Below, in pieces: positions 48,343-59,160 of a stretch of 64,000 bases of DNA. The DNA lies in assembly GCA_016934055.1 (NCBI GenBank), contig JAFGTR010000136.1, positions 24,858 through 88,857 on the forward strand, read 5' to 3'. The stretch is from Bacteroidales bacterium (GTDB lineage: Bacteria; Bacteroidota; Bacteroidia; Bacteroidales; UBA10428). The stretch's first letter is position 1. The number at the start of each line of letters is the position of its first letter. Made by a program: the position numbers and the translations under genes. A model generated the notes under the pieces. It made no database searches and was not told the origin of the DNA. It was given only the letters and a program-made list of their open reading frames with translations.

Positions 48343-51300
48343 TTAAGCCCTTCTTCTGAGAATGAAGAAAAGATTGGACGTAAACCTGGAATTATCGACC
48401 ACCGCCATATTCATGTTATGGGTTTCCGCTATTTCAGCAATTCTTTTTCCTGAAAAGAAATGGAGCCTTTTGTTCAATACCTTGTTGTAACCAAAACGGG
48501 TTGAGAAGAATTCTGTATACCGGGTTCCAAGATGCCTTTTTTGCAGATCTTTATCAGCATCCCGGATGATGATGAATCCGTCCGGATTCAGATTATTAAT
48601 GCATTGAATCAACAATTGTTCCTGTTTATCTTCCGGTATATAATGCAATACATCACTCAGCAGAAAAACATCAGTACCGGTAAACGGATAGGTTAAAACA
48701 TCGCCTGTCACAAAGCTGATCCTGTCGTTTTTTGAAATGCAGTTATTCGCCAGCTCAATTTTATCAGGGTCATAATCAATGCCCAGAATTCTTCTTTTTT
48801 CTGAAGTAAAACAAAGCATATAGGCAATATGTCCGTACCCGCATCCGATATCGACAATATTGGCATCGCGCGGAACAAGACCATGAATAAAGGTATAATT
48901 CTTTTCCAGTGACAATTTGATTCTTGTATACCATTCCAGCACCGGCCCCTTGAATATGTAATTACGGATGAGTTTTTTCCTGAAATAAGCAGGCGTTTCC
49001 AACTCAACCTTCATCTTTTCAAATTCATTTCTGAAAAATTTAAGAATGGTTTTCGTACGTTCATGATAATTCTTGCCAAAGCTATCATCCTGGACTTTTA
49101 TCCTTGGAAAAGCTTTCAGTGTTATCCGGCCGCCTTTCAGATGATTCTCACCCTTGTTCATGCAATCGCCTGACCCATGAATAATGACCGGGGTGATGTC
49201 GAGACTCAGCTTTTCGGCCAGTAAAAAAGCTCCTTTGTGAAACCGCCTGATGCGTGAGTCGGGAGAACGTGTCCCCTCAGGAAAAATCAGGATGGAATAT
49301 CCGTCTTCCACTTTTTTCTTCAGTTTTTCAATCAGGTTCTCATAACCTCCGGTTACCGGATAAAAATCAAGATACCTGATCACCAATGCATAAACCGGAT
49401 TATTCCAGACCCAACTGGTTGTCAGAACAATAATTTTAGGACTCAGCATCAACAGTAAAGGCAGGTCGAGATGTGACTGGTGATTGGCAATGATCACCGA
49501 CGGCGTGGTAAAATCCAGGTGATTGGCACTGATGATTTTCCTTTTGATATTGGCCATTGCAGTTAAAGGAATTCTCAGGCTATACATCATAAGGTAATGC
49601 ATGATGCGCTTTTTTGTTTTTCCGGGCATTGGCAATAGATATACAAGAAAAAGCATGAGGTTCATAAAAATGCTCAGCACAAGACCGGCAGAAAGCACTA
49701 TTAAAGTGAATATTATATCTGTAAGTGTTAAGGGTAATCTACGGTTCCTCCCCTTTTTACTCACCAGCCAGTAAAAAATGAGAGGCTCGAAGGCATATGA
49801 AATCAGCACCACCGAAAGCAGGCCGATAATCGAAATAAGGGCAATGGAATGTAACGACGGATGTTTTGCCAGAATGAGGACACCTGTCCCTGACAAGGAT
49901 ATCATCACAGAAATTAAAATACAGGTTTTGTAGGAAAGCAGGTTTTTATTATCGCTTTTATAGCCCTGAACAAGACCCTGCATGATATAAATACTGTAAT
50001 CGATACCAAGACCTGTGATAAAAGAAGAAATAATAATATTGAAAATATTGAATTTTATGCCGGCCATACCCATTATACCCAATGTCCACACCCAACTCAG
50101 AAAAATTGGTATGAAAGTGATGAAGCCCAGTTCAAACCTGCCGAAAGCAATGATGAGAATGATGAGGATAAGCGATAAACTGACATTGGCAATAAAATTG
50201 AAATCCTGGCTCAATGAATCAACCATACCTGAAAGAATTGATTTTCTGTCCATAACATAAATGCCATCCAGTCTGCTAATGTCATTTACAACCTCTGCCT
50301 TATTCTGATCATCTACCTTAATAACTGAAACAACGGTTGACAACTCAGCAGAAGCATTTATATTATCCGCATAAAAATAGGTTTGCAGTTTTTTAATGTC
50401 AGTACTGTCAATGAGTGAATAATTCTTATCTATAAGGTTATAAAATTCAATGAAGGATGATGTTTTAAAACCAATATCTGTGGCCGCCTTCTTAAAATCC
50501 TCAATAAAATCATGTTTTCTTTCAAATGTCCACCAGGCATTCCACCGTTCAATACGCTGTTGCTGAAGAGAATCAGAATATAATATCGTTCCCGGCGAAC
50601 TGAAATTTCTTACTTTTTTCTGCTGAAGGAAACAGTTACCCTTTTCCAACAGTCGTTCATTGTTTCTGAGCGCCTCCTGCATATCTTCACCATATGCAAC
50701 AACATAAATGGAATTTAGTTTTAAGTTATTGATACGGTTAAGTTTTTCCTCTGTTTGAGCCAGTTCTTCTGATATATAATTCATTTTCATCATATCACTT
50801 TCAAAACCGACATTGTCAACAAATATGAGGGATACTATTGTTACAACAACCATAAAAAGCAGAAGAAGTCTTTTCTTATGAAATTCATAATGTGTTATCT
50901 TATCCAGTACACGTTCAAGGTAATTTTTTTCTTCAGTCTTGTCTTCCTTTCCTCTCGTCATATCGAGTATATGCGGCATAACGACCATGGTAAAAAACGA
51001 AGCCGTAATAACACTGATGGCAGCCAGCATGCCAAGCTCATGCAAAGATTCTGACGATACAAACACCAGACTGATAAATTCGAAGGCCGTTGCAAAACCA
51101 CAGACAATAATAGGGAAAGACACATCTTTTATGGTGTCGGTAATGGAATGCCTGTGTTTGTAATGTGTGGTTATGTGCAGGGCATAATCAACCGTGATGG
51201 CCAGGATTACGGTTCCAATGCTGAGGGATATGACGGAAATTTTAGCCTGAATCAGGTAAATAACAGCCAGGGCAACCAGTCCTCCGAAAACTGCCGGCAG

Positions 51301-52206
51301 GAAAATAAAAGGGAATAAACGCTTTTTGCGTATAGAAAAGCTGATGATAAGAAGAAGCAGTGTAATGGTGATGGATAATGTAAGCCTGATGTCCTTTTTC
51401 AGCCGCTCTGCATTGCCCACTGCTACAACTGCTGAACCAAAATAGTCAATATTGATTTTATTTCCGCCATTCCTGATGATAGTCTTAACTGCCTTATCAA
51501 GTTGTTTTACAAAAACCGAATTCTGGGAAGTGGCACTTGAAGGATATACCGTTGTTAAAAAAAGCAGGAGGTGACGCTTGCCTTTTGAAAAAACACAACC
51601 ATCAATGATCACATAATTATCATCATTCTGAAAGGCAGCCAGTTTCTTCAGGGCAATTCCGCTTATCCCAACCGGATCACGCACGATCATTTTTTTCATG
51701 GCAAAACTCGCCGGTGAAAGCAGTGTATTGTAACTGTTTTCAAGTGTTTCGTTAATTCTTTGCGGGGCAGTCAGGCTATCCAGCGTTAAATAATCCTTTT
51801 CTTCCAAAAAAAGAGGTAAATTCCGGTAAAAAATATCAGTAACATCCTCCATCACATTATCAGCCACGCTGAAAGTAATACCTTTTATATAAGGCTGAAA
51901 AGCAGAACTTTGCAGCGTGTCGGCCAGATATTCTGCTTGCCGGATCAGTTCTTCGGGATCAGGGGCCAGTGTGGAATCAGCCAGTGAAACCATAACGATG
52001 ATCTTGTCAAGAAACGTCGACTGCTCAATAATCCTTGTGATATCAGCTTTTTTATCAAATCCTGTGATCATCTTGGTGATATCCTCTTCAAATCTGATCC
52101 TTGATGCAAGAAAAAGGGCAACGAGACCGGTCACCAGGATGACGGCAAAAAAGATCAGCCGCTTATTCCTGAAAAAGTCATAGAGTAACAGAAAAAACTT
52201 TTCCAT
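48343..52206 (-). CDS. MMPL/RND transporter - lysophospholipid acyltransferase - SAM methyltransferase fusion (flexirubin/aryl polyene cluster)
   Basis: Two MMPL halves (AITVDYALH, GLGIDYSIY); ANHQSHLD..FPEGTRS; VDIGCGYG. Confidence 0.92.
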   Translation of the reverse strand: MEKFFLLLYDFFRNKRLIFFAVILVTGLVALFLASRIRFEEDITKMITGFDKKADITRIIEQSTFLDKIIVMVSLADSTLAPDPEELIRQAEYLADTLQSSAFQPYIKGITFSVADNVMEDVTDIFYRNLPLFLEEKDYLTLDSLTAPQRINETLENSYNTLLSPASFAMKKMIVRDPVGISGIALKKLAAFQNDDNYVIIDGCVFSKGKRHLLLFLTTVYPSSATSQNSVFVKQLDKAVKTIIRNGGNKINIDYFGSAVVAVGNAERLKKDIRLTLSITITLLLLIISFSIRKKRLFPFIFLPAVFGGLVALAVIYLIQAKISVISLSIGTVILAITVDYALHITTHYKHRHSITDTIKDVSFPIIVCGFATAFEFISLVFVSSESLHELGMLAAISVITASFFTMVVMPHILDMTRGKEDKTEEKNYLERVLDKITHYEFHKKRLLLLFMVVVTIVSLIFVDNVGFESDMMKMNYISEELAQTEEKLNRINNLKLNSIYVVAYGEDMQEALRNNERLLEKGNCFLQQKKVRNFSSPGTILYSDSLQQQRIERWNAWWTFERKHDFIEDFKKAATDIGFKTSSFIEFYNLIDKNYSLIDSTDIKKLQTYFYADNINASAELSTVVSVIKVDDQNKAEVVNDISRLDGIYVMDRKSILSGMVDSLSQDFNFIANVSLSLILIILIIAFGRFELGFITFIPIFLSWVWTLGIMGMAGIKFNIFNIIISSFITGLGIDYSIYIMQGLVQGYKSDNKNLLSYKTCILISVMISLSGTGVLILAKHPSLHSIALISIIGLLSVVLISYAFEPLIFYWLVSKKGRNRRLPLTLTDIIFTLIVLSAGLVLSIFMNLMLFLVYLLPMPGKTKKRIMHYLMMYSLRIPLTAMANIKRKIISANHLDFTTPSVIIANHQSHLDLPLLLMLSPKIIVLTTSWVWNNPVYALVIRYLDFYPVTGGYENLIEKLKKKVEDGYSILIFPEGTRSPDSRIRRFHKGAFLLAEKLSLDITPVIIHGSGDCMNKGENHLKGGRITLKAFPRIKVQDDSFGKNYHERTKTILKFFRNEFEKMKVELETPAYFRKKLIRNYIFKGPVLEWYTRIKLSLEKNYTFIHGLVPRDANIVDIGCGYGHIAYMLCFTSEKRRILGIDYDPDKIELANNCISKNDRISFVTGDVLTYPFTGTDVFLLSDVLHYIPEDKQEQLLIQCINNLNPDGFIIIRDADKDLQKRHLGTRYTEFFSTRFGYNKVLNKRLHFFSGKRIAEIAETHNMNMAVVDNSRFTSNLFFILRRRA

Positions 52207-52212
52207 AATCTT

Positions 52213-53361
52213 TCAGCTTACCACACGTTTTTTCCTGACAAGCTTCAGGACAATAAATGAAATGAATCCGGCCATTATGGCCAGAATACAGGCAAAAACA
52301 ATACTCCCCACAACATACTGAAGCAGGCTATTTTCAAATGATTTGATGGACAAGTCACTGGTGAACTTTATCCGGCTTCCTGTATCCAATACAATACCCC
52401 CTGTAACATAACTGGCATAAAGGATAAAAGGGATCATCGGCGGAATGCTGATATTAGCCGCAACACTGACAACGAACTTGCTCAGTTTAAAAACATGGGC
52501 CAGAGCCAGGGCCGTTATCAGCTGAAATCCCCAAATGGGAACAATGCCCATAAATATGCCCAGTGTAATAGCCAGCGCTATATCCATATTGGTATCATCA
52601 GACAACAGTATATGTTTATTGACAAATGCCCTGATATTCTCTTTTTTTAAAAATCTCAGGAAATAAAATGGCTTAATATAAAGCAAGGTTATTACGACCA
52701 GTATAATATTCAGCAGACTGATCCTGGCAAAGTCGGTTAAAGGTCTGAAATGGCTGATCCTTTCCTGTTTTGGGGGATAAAAAACCTTCACGGGAACACT
52801 CACAATATTAATCCCTTTCCAGGCCGCACGGACAAGTATCTCAAGTTCAAATTCATACTTGTTTGTAAAGAACTTCATCCCCTTTATTTGATTTAACGGA
52901 TATAATCTGAATCCTGTTTGTGTATCCGTCAGTCTTATCCCTGTAAGAAACCTGTACCAGAAATTGGAAAACCGGTTTGCGAACCGGCTCCCTTTTGATA
53001 TTTTTTCCGGCACAAGGTTACGCGCACCGACAATCAAAGTATCAGGCTCTTCAATAATTCTTTTAACAAAGATCCTTATGTCGGCAGCATAATGCTGCCC
53101 GTCAGAATCCATGGTTATGGCATAATCAAAACCTTCCTCTGTCGCCAGTTCAAATCCTTTTCGGATGGCATATCCCTTGCCTCTGTTTGGATTATAAGAT
53201 ACTGTTCTGAGAAAATCAAATTTTTCTAATACCTGGGCAGTATTATCCGATGAGCCGTCATTAACAACGATGATGTCTTTTGTGATCAGAGAAACATCTG
53301 ACAGAACCCTTTCAAGTGTTGTATCATTATTATAAGTCGGAATAATCACACAGTATTTCAT
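52213..53361 (-). CDS. GT2 glycosyltransferase with DUF2062 membrane domain
   Basis: VIIPTYNN, VVNDGSSD, NRGKG, MDSDGQH, DTQTGFRLY; C-terminal GIVPIWGFQ..NISIPP. Confidence 0.9.
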   Translation of the reverse strand: MKYCVIIPTYNNDTTLERVLSDVSLITKDIIVVNDGSSDNTAQVLEKFDFLRTVSYNPNRGKGYAIRKGFELATEEGFDYAITMDSDGQHYAADIRIFVKRIIEEPDTLIVGARNLVPEKISKGSRFANRFSNFWYRFLTGIRLTDTQTGFRLYPLNQIKGMKFFTNKYEFELEILVRAAWKGINIVSVPVKVFYPPKQERISHFRPLTDFARISLLNIILVVITLLYIKPFYFLRFLKKENIRAFVNKHILLSDDTNMDIALAITLGIFMGIVPIWGFQLITALALAHVFKLSKFVVSVAANISIPPMIPFILYASYVTGGIVLDTGSRIKFTSDLSIKSFENSLLQYVVGSIVFACILAIMAGFISFIVLKLVRKKRVVS

Positions 53362-53430
53362 GCCCGCCTTTGCTTCTGTTTTATAAAAAATCAACCGAAA
53401 TACTGAAAAAGCATGTCCTTTCGTCCCCGT

Positions 53431-54141
53431 TTACCGGTGAGCTATGGGTTTGTGAAATGACAGGTTAACACCGATCTGTCCGCCGGTATAGTTTAAATCA
53501 AATCTGTCGAATTGTTCGGTGCCAATATATGTTCCCTGGGTTTCAGGGCCTTTGGCATTGGCCAGGTTAAAAGCTAAATAAGGCTGAACACTAATGCCGT
53601 TGAACTGAAGGCAGTATCCCAAATTCACCCTGAAACCAATTTTATTGCGTGTAATGTCTTCAAATTTCATGAAATGATATTGAGCTCCTCCTCCCAGGAA
53701 AAGAGCGTGACGCCCTGTTCCGGTAGGAACATAAAAATTCACAAGCAATCCGGGGGAAATACGCCTGAAATTATAAAAATGATTGGTTCCGTTGGTGATG
53801 ATGATCCATTTCGGGCCAAGAGCGTACTCGAGTATGGCTGTAATATCAATCCATTTTATTTTATAGGTCAGAGAGGCGTTTAAGGCTTCATACATGTAAA
53901 TGTCAGTATTACCATAACTCGTTATGATATTGCTTGGTAAATCTGCCTCAATATATTCGTTCACATCTTCAGGATAAAAGACACCAATACCAATGCCTAA
54001 ACCGGGATAAAAACCGTTTGTTTTGGTGAATGTGTATTGTGCCTGAAGAAGCTGCGCTGAAATGATAAAAGTCATTATACTTAAGGTTGTTCCAAATCTT
54101 AATAAACGACAGGATTTCATTTTACTTGGTTTTGTATTCAT
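53431..54141 (-). CDS. Exported hypothetical protein, probable outer-membrane beta-barrel
   Basis: Signal peptide, alternating Gly/aromatic strands, C-terminal GVNLSF. Confidence 0.65.
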   Translation of the reverse strand: MNTKPSKMKSCRLLRFGTTLSIMTFIISAQLLQAQYTFTKTNGFYPGLGIGIGVFYPEDVNEYIEADLPSNIITSYGNTDIYMYEALNASLTYKIKWIDITAILEYALGPKWIIITNGTNHFYNFRRISPGLLVNFYVPTGTGRHALFLGGGAQYHFMKFEDITRNKIGFRVNLGYCLQFNGISVQPYLAFNLANAKGPETQGTYIGTEQFDRFDLNYTGGQIGVNLSFHKPIAHR

Positions 54142-54404
54142 TTTATTTATAAATTAATCAGGTAAGTATTGAAGTGATTTTTAGAATTGTTGACAGGATA
54201 ACTCATTCATGTAAACCAGTAAGGTAAAAATGTTAACATATCCATAATTGATAAGTCCTGCAAGTTAACAAAATAATTTAACCCCGAAAATATAAGGTTA
54301 TTATCAAAACCTTTAGCATAATACTATGTTTTTTATTATTTTGCACCAATTTTTTAAAACCTTTCTTATTAACATTTGTTTTTCTCTATTATTTAATTTA
54401 AAAA

Positions 54405-55949
54405 ATGCTCAATTTAGGGGAACGCTTTATTACCGCGGAAGATTTTCAGCATGTTCTATACGGCGATGAAAAAATCAGAATTCCTGAATCGGTTACAAAA
54501 AGAGTTATTCATAATTTCAATTTTCTTCAATCGTTTCATCAGGATAAGATAATTTATGGTATTAACACAGGTTTGGGTCCTATGGCACAATACAGGATTG
54601 ATGATGCTGACCGTATCAGCCTTCAGTATAATGCCATAAGAAGCCATGCAGCCGGAATCGGTCAACCTGTTGATCCGCTTTACGTTCGTTCGGCGCTTGT
54701 TGTTTTGCTGAACAATTTTCTCCGGGGCCATTCAGGCATCCATCCGGAAGTGACTGAATTAATAAAAGAACTGATCAACAGAAACATAACCCCTGTAGTC
54801 CCTGAACATGGCGGTGTTGGGGCCAGCGGTGACCTGGTACAGCTTGCTCATATAGCACTTGCCCTGATAGGTGAAGGCGATGTTTACCATAATGATACGC
54901 TCATGCTGTGCAGGGATGCTCTGACAAAAAACAACCTGAAACCAATTTCAGTCCATATACGTGAAGGTCTGTCACTGATAAACGGGACTTGTTTCATGAC
55001 CGGTACCGGCATGGTCAACCTTATCCATGCCAAAAATCTTCTTTCCTGGACAATCCTGGCCTGTGCCATGATCAATGAAATTGTAAGATCTTTTGATGAC
55101 AGTTTCTCCAAAGAACTCAACCAGGTAAAACTACACACCGGACAGAACACCATTGCTGAAATAATCAGAAAAATACTGTCAGACAGCAAGCTGATCCGGA
55201 AACGTGAAGATCACTTTTATAATCATAACCATGAAAATATATACATAATCGCTGATAAAGTACAGGAGTATTATTCCATACGCTGTGTACCCCAGATACT
55301 TGGTCCCATTTACGATACTTTAACCGGATCCGAAAAAATATTGCTGAACGAAGCCAATTCATCATGCGATAATCCCATGGTTGATGATGAAAACCAAAAC
55401 ATATACCATGGCGGTAATTTTCATGGTGATTATGTCTCTTTTGAAATGGACAAAGTAAAAATCGCCGTGGTTAAATTGTCATTGCTTCTGGAAAGGCAGA
55501 TCAATTACCTCATGAACGATAAGCTTAATGGTAAACTTCCGCCCTTTGTCAACCTTGGCAAACTGGGTGTGAATTTTGGTATGCAGGGAGCCCAGTTCAC
55601 AGCCACTTCCACCGTTGCTGAAAATCAATCGCTTGCCTATCCAAACTATCTTCACAGTATACCCAACAACAACGACAACCAGGATGTTGTGAGTATGGGC
55701 ACCAATTCGGCTTTGCTGGCAAAAAAAGTTATTGAAAATACCTATCAGGTGCTTTCCATTGAATTTCTCAGTCTCGTTCAGGCTATTGATTATATGGGTA
55801 TTGAAAACCGGTTGTCTTCGGTCACCAAAAGAACTTATACTGAAATCCGCAATATCGTTCCGAAATTTGAGGAAGATACTGTTAAATACTTGGAAATTAA
55901 AGCAATAAAAGAATACCTTTGCTCTAATTTTGTCAAAACCTGCAATTGA
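54405..55949 (+). CDS. Aromatic amino acid ammonia-lyase (flexirubin-type tyrosine ammonia-lyase-like)
   Basis: YGINTGLG, MIO-forming GASGDL, EGLSLING, YSIRCVPQ, GGNFHG, NQDVVSMG; context of a type II PKS-like cluster. Confidence 0.9.
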   Translation: MLNLGERFITAEDFQHVLYGDEKIRIPESVTKRVIHNFNFLQSFHQDKIIYGINTGLGPMAQYRIDDADRISLQYNAIRSHAAGIGQPVDPLYVRSALVVLLNNFLRGHSGIHPEVTELIKELINRNITPVVPEHGGVGASGDLVQLAHIALALIGEGDVYHNDTLMLCRDALTKNNLKPISVHIREGLSLINGTCFMTGTGMVNLIHAKNLLSWTILACAMINEIVRSFDDSFSKELNQVKLHTGQNTIAEIIRKILSDSKLIRKREDHFYNHNHENIYIIADKVQEYYSIRCVPQILGPIYDTLTGSEKILLNEANSSCDNPMVDDENQNIYHGGNFHGDYVSFEMDKVKIAVVKLSLLLERQINYLMNDKLNGKLPPFVNLGKLGVNFGMQGAQFTATSTVAENQSLAYPNYLHSIPNNNDNQDVVSMGTNSALLAKKVIENTYQVLSIEFLSLVQAIDYMGIENRLSSVTKRTYTEIRNIVPKFEEDTVKYLEIKAIKEYLCSNFVKTCN

Positions 55950-55971
55950 TAAACGAATAGCTTTATTGATT

Positions 55972-56700
55972 ATGAAACATGCATTAGTCACGGGAGGTTC
56001 AAGAGGCATAGGAAGGGCAATATCCATTAAGCTGGTTTCGCTGGGATATCATGTGCTTGTTAATTATAAGTCAAATGAAGAAGAAGCAAAGCAAACGCTG
56101 ACAATGATTAAACAAGCCGGCGGCAGCGGTGAATTGATGAAATTTGATGTGACCATTCCCCGGCAGGTTGATGAAGCCATCAGCAAATGGAGTGAAGTTC
56201 ATAAGGATGGTTATATTGAAGTGCTTGTTAATAATGCAGGAATCCGAAAAGATATCCTTTTGATGTGGATGGAGGACCATCACTGGAGGGATGTCATTGA
56301 CACCAACCTGAACGGCTTTTTTTATGTGACACGTGCATTGCTTAAAAATATGCTTGTCAATAAATACGGCCGGATCGTGAATATTGTATCCTTGTCAGGA
56401 TTAAAAGGATTGCCCGGACAGGTCAATTATTCAGCGGCCAAAGCAGCTGTTATAGGTGCGACAAAAGCGCTGGCGCAGGAGATCGGGAAGAAAAATGTCA
56501 CGGTAAATGCTGTTGCTCCGGGATTTATCAGAACCGATATGACAAAGGATTTAAATGAGAATGAATTAAAAAGCCTGATTCCGCTTAACCGGTTCGGATT
56601 GCCCGAAGAAGTAGCTGAAGTGGTTTGCTTCCTGGCATCCGAAAAAGCATCATACATTACAGGTGAGGTCATATCGGTAAACGGCGGGCTCTACACATAA
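55972..56700 (+). CDS. fabG: 3-oxoacyl-ACP reductase
   Basis: TGGSRGIG, NNAG, YSAAK; ATG 55972. Confidence 0.93.
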   Translation: MKHALVTGGSRGIGRAISIKLVSLGYHVLVNYKSNEEEAKQTLTMIKQAGGSGELMKFDVTIPRQVDEAISKWSEVHKDGYIEVLVNNAGIRKDILLMWMEDHHWRDVIDTNLNGFFYVTRALLKNMLVNKYGRIVNIVSLSGLKGLPGQVNYSAAKAAVIGATKALAQEIGKKNVTVNAVAPGFIRTDMTKDLNENELKSLIPLNRFGLPEEVAEVVCFLASEKASYITGEVISVNGGLYT

Positions 56701-56719
56701 TTTATAGTTTTCTTGGATC

Positions 56720-57940
56720 ATGAAAAGGGTAGTCATTACAGGTATAGGGATCTATTCCTCAATCGGAAAGAATCTTGATGAAGTTAAAAACGCACTTTTT
56801 CAGGGCAAATCAAACATTGTTCTGGATCCTGAAAGAAAAGCCTATGGATATCAGTCAGGGTTAACCGGGAAACTTGAACGACCCCAGCTTAAAGGTGTCA
56901 TTGATCGCCGGTCCCGTGTCTGTATGCCTGAACATGCTGAATATGCCTATATGGCTACTGTTGAAGCATTAAAATCAGCGAGTATTCCGCAAGACTTTTT
57001 TGACCGGCATGAAGTTGGGATCCTGTATGGAAATGACAGCAGTACACCAGCTGTTATTGAATGTGCTGACATCATACGTGAAAAAAGAGACACAACATTG
57101 GTGGGCTCAGGATCCGTTTTTCAGTCAATGAATTCATCAGTGACCATGAATTTATCAGTGATCTTTAAGCTGAAAGGTGTTAACTTCACCCTTAGCAGTG
57201 CATGTGCCAGCGGCTCTCATGCCATTGGCATGGGATATCTGATGATACGGCACGGTTATCAGGATATGATTATCTGTGGAGGATCACAGGAAGTCAATCT
57301 TTTTTGCGTAGGCAGCTTTGACGCACTCAATGCGTTTTCAAAACGGGAATCTGAACCTCAAAAAGCATCCAGGCCATTTGATAAGAACCGGGACGGCCTC
57401 GTGCCCAGCGGTGGTGCCGCTACCGTAATCCTCGAAGACCTCGAACACGCCCTTAAAAGAGGGGCTCCTGTTCTGGCTGAAGTGATAGGTTACGGATTTT
57501 CCTCCGATGGCGTACACATTTCAGTTCCCGATGTTGACGGCCCTGTCAGGGCTATTGCAATGGCACTGAAAGATGCAGAACTGGACCCCGGTAAAATTGA
57601 CTATATTAACGCCCATGCCACATCAACATATGTTGGCGATCTGAATGAAGCAAAAGCCATTGATCAGCTTTTTGGCCGGCATAGACCACTGGTATCCTCA
57701 ACCAAATCAATGACAGGACATGAAATGTGGATGGCCGGTGCAAGTGAAGTTGTATATTCTATTCTGATGATGCAGAATTCCTTCGTGGCCCCTAATATCA
57801 ATTTCGAGGAACCTGATGAATTCAGCGCTAAACTGAATATAGCTGATAAAACCACACAAAAAGAGATTAACATCTTTCTGTCAAACTCATTTGGATTTGG
57901 AGGAACGAATTCATGTTTGATTATAAAAAAGTATCATTAA
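56720..57940 (+). CDS. Beta-ketoacyl-ACP synthase
   Basis: SSACASG, INAHATST, STKSMTGH, SNSFGFGG. Confidence 0.95.
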   Translation: MKRVVITGIGIYSSIGKNLDEVKNALFQGKSNIVLDPERKAYGYQSGLTGKLERPQLKGVIDRRSRVCMPEHAEYAYMATVEALKSASIPQDFFDRHEVGILYGNDSSTPAVIECADIIREKRDTTLVGSGSVFQSMNSSVTMNLSVIFKLKGVNFTLSSACASGSHAIGMGYLMIRHGYQDMIICGGSQEVNLFCVGSFDALNAFSKRESEPQKASRPFDKNRDGLVPSGGAATVILEDLEHALKRGAPVLAEVIGYGFSSDGVHISVPDVDGPVRAIAMALKDAELDPGKIDYINAHATSTYVGDLNEAKAIDQLFGRHRPLVSSTKSMTGHEMWMAGASEVVYSILMMQNSFVAPNINFEEPDEFSAKLNIADKTTQKEINIFLSNSFGFGGTNSCLIIKKYH

Positions 57941-57945
57941 CTTTG
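57938..57945 (+). promoter_or_regulatory. Internal -7 box TAACTTTG upstream of the ACP gene
   Basis: Exact TAnnTTTG overlapping the KS stop codon. Confidence 0.45.
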
Positions 57946-57961
57946 CAATTATTTTAGTATT

Positions 57962-58210
57962 ATGAACAGGGAAGATATAACAAAAATCATTAATGGTTTT
58001 TTGGTTGAAGAATTTGAGATTGAAGAAGGTAAAATAGCGCCGGATGCTCATCTTAAAAACGACCTTGGTCTCGAAAGTCTCGACTTTGTGGATATTGCAG
58101 TAATAGTACAGAAGGAATTCGGCCTTACGCTGAAAGGTGAGGAAATGACCTCTATCAGAACCCTGGATCATTTGTATGATTACATCCAAAACTGCATTAG
58201 TAAGAAATAA
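57962..58210 (+). CDS. Acyl carrier protein
   Basis: DLGLESLDFVD phosphopantetheine site. Confidence 0.93.
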   Translation: MNREDITKIINGFLVEEFEIEEGKIAPDAHLKNDLGLESLDFVDIAVIVQKEFGLTLKGEEMTSIRTLDHLYDYIQNCISKK

Positions 58211-58216
58211 CCAGAT

Positions 58217-59131
58217 GTGACTTCATGGAAGGGTAAAACAAGGGGCGGATTAACCGGATACAAAATCTTTATCAGCGTCCTGAAATTTTCAGGTCTTCCA
58301 TTGGCTTATTTTTTATTGCGCTTCGTAGCTTTCTATTTTTTTGTCTTCTCACCAAAATCCTTTGTCCCAATTTTTTCCTTTTACAGGAAAAGGCTTTATT
58401 TTGGTTTTTTGCGGTCAATACTTTTTATATACCGCAATTATTTTGCTTTCGGGCAGGTGCTCCTGGATAAAGTGGCAGCCATGGCAGGCTTTCGGACAAA
58501 TTTCTCTTTTACCTATGAAGGCGAGACATACCTCCGGGAAATGGTTGAAAATGGTCCAGGAGGATTGCTGATAAGCGCCCATATCGGCAATTTTGAAATG
58601 GCCGGTAACATGCTCGAGCGACTTAAAACCCCGGTCAATATTATTATGTTTGATGCCGAGCACGCCAGGATCAAAGATTACCTCTCATCTGTTACCAGCA
58701 GAAACTTCAACGTCATTGTGATAAAAGAAGACAATACCCATATCTATGAGATCAACAAGGCTTTCCGTGAAAAACAGATCATCTGTATTCATGGTGACCG
58801 TTTCTTACAGGGAAGCAAAACAATGACCATTGATTTCCTGGGCGGGAAAGCCCTTTTCCCCACAGGCCCTTTTTACCTGGCTATGAAGTATAATGTACCG
58901 GTATCATTTGTCTTTGCTATGAAAGAAGGAAAAAAGCATTATCATTTTTATGCTTCCCCTCCAAAATATTATCCACAGCAGGGTTTACAACAAAAAAGGG
59001 ATCAGACCATCAAGACCATAATTAAAGATTATATTGACCTGATGGAAAAAACAATACGAAAATACCCGTCACAATGGTTTAATTATTACAATTTCTGGCA
59101 AACAAATGATCATGACAAGACAACAGCTTAA
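58217..59131 (+). CDS. LpxL/LpxP-like acyltransferase
   Basis: WKGKTRGG N-terminus, SAHIGNFE, HGDR, PSQWFNYY. Confidence 0.88.
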   Translation: MTSWKGKTRGGLTGYKIFISVLKFSGLPLAYFLLRFVAFYFFVFSPKSFVPIFSFYRKRLYFGFLRSILFIYRNYFAFGQVLLDKVAAMAGFRTNFSFTYEGETYLREMVENGPGGLLISAHIGNFEMAGNMLERLKTPVNIIMFDAEHARIKDYLSSVTSRNFNVIVIKEDNTHIYEINKAFREKQIICIHGDRFLQGSKTMTIDFLGGKALFPTGPFYLAMKYNVPVSFVFAMKEGKKHYHFYASPPKYYPQQGLQQKRDQTIKTIIKDYIDLMEKTIRKYPSQWFNYYNFWQTNDHDKTTA

Positions 59132-59160
59132 CAGAGCAATATATTAACCCCGATAATATT

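Noticed and set aside
54405-55949. Histidine ammonia-lyase hutH
   Set aside because: No hutU/I/G nearby; sequence and context fit the flexirubin-type lyase
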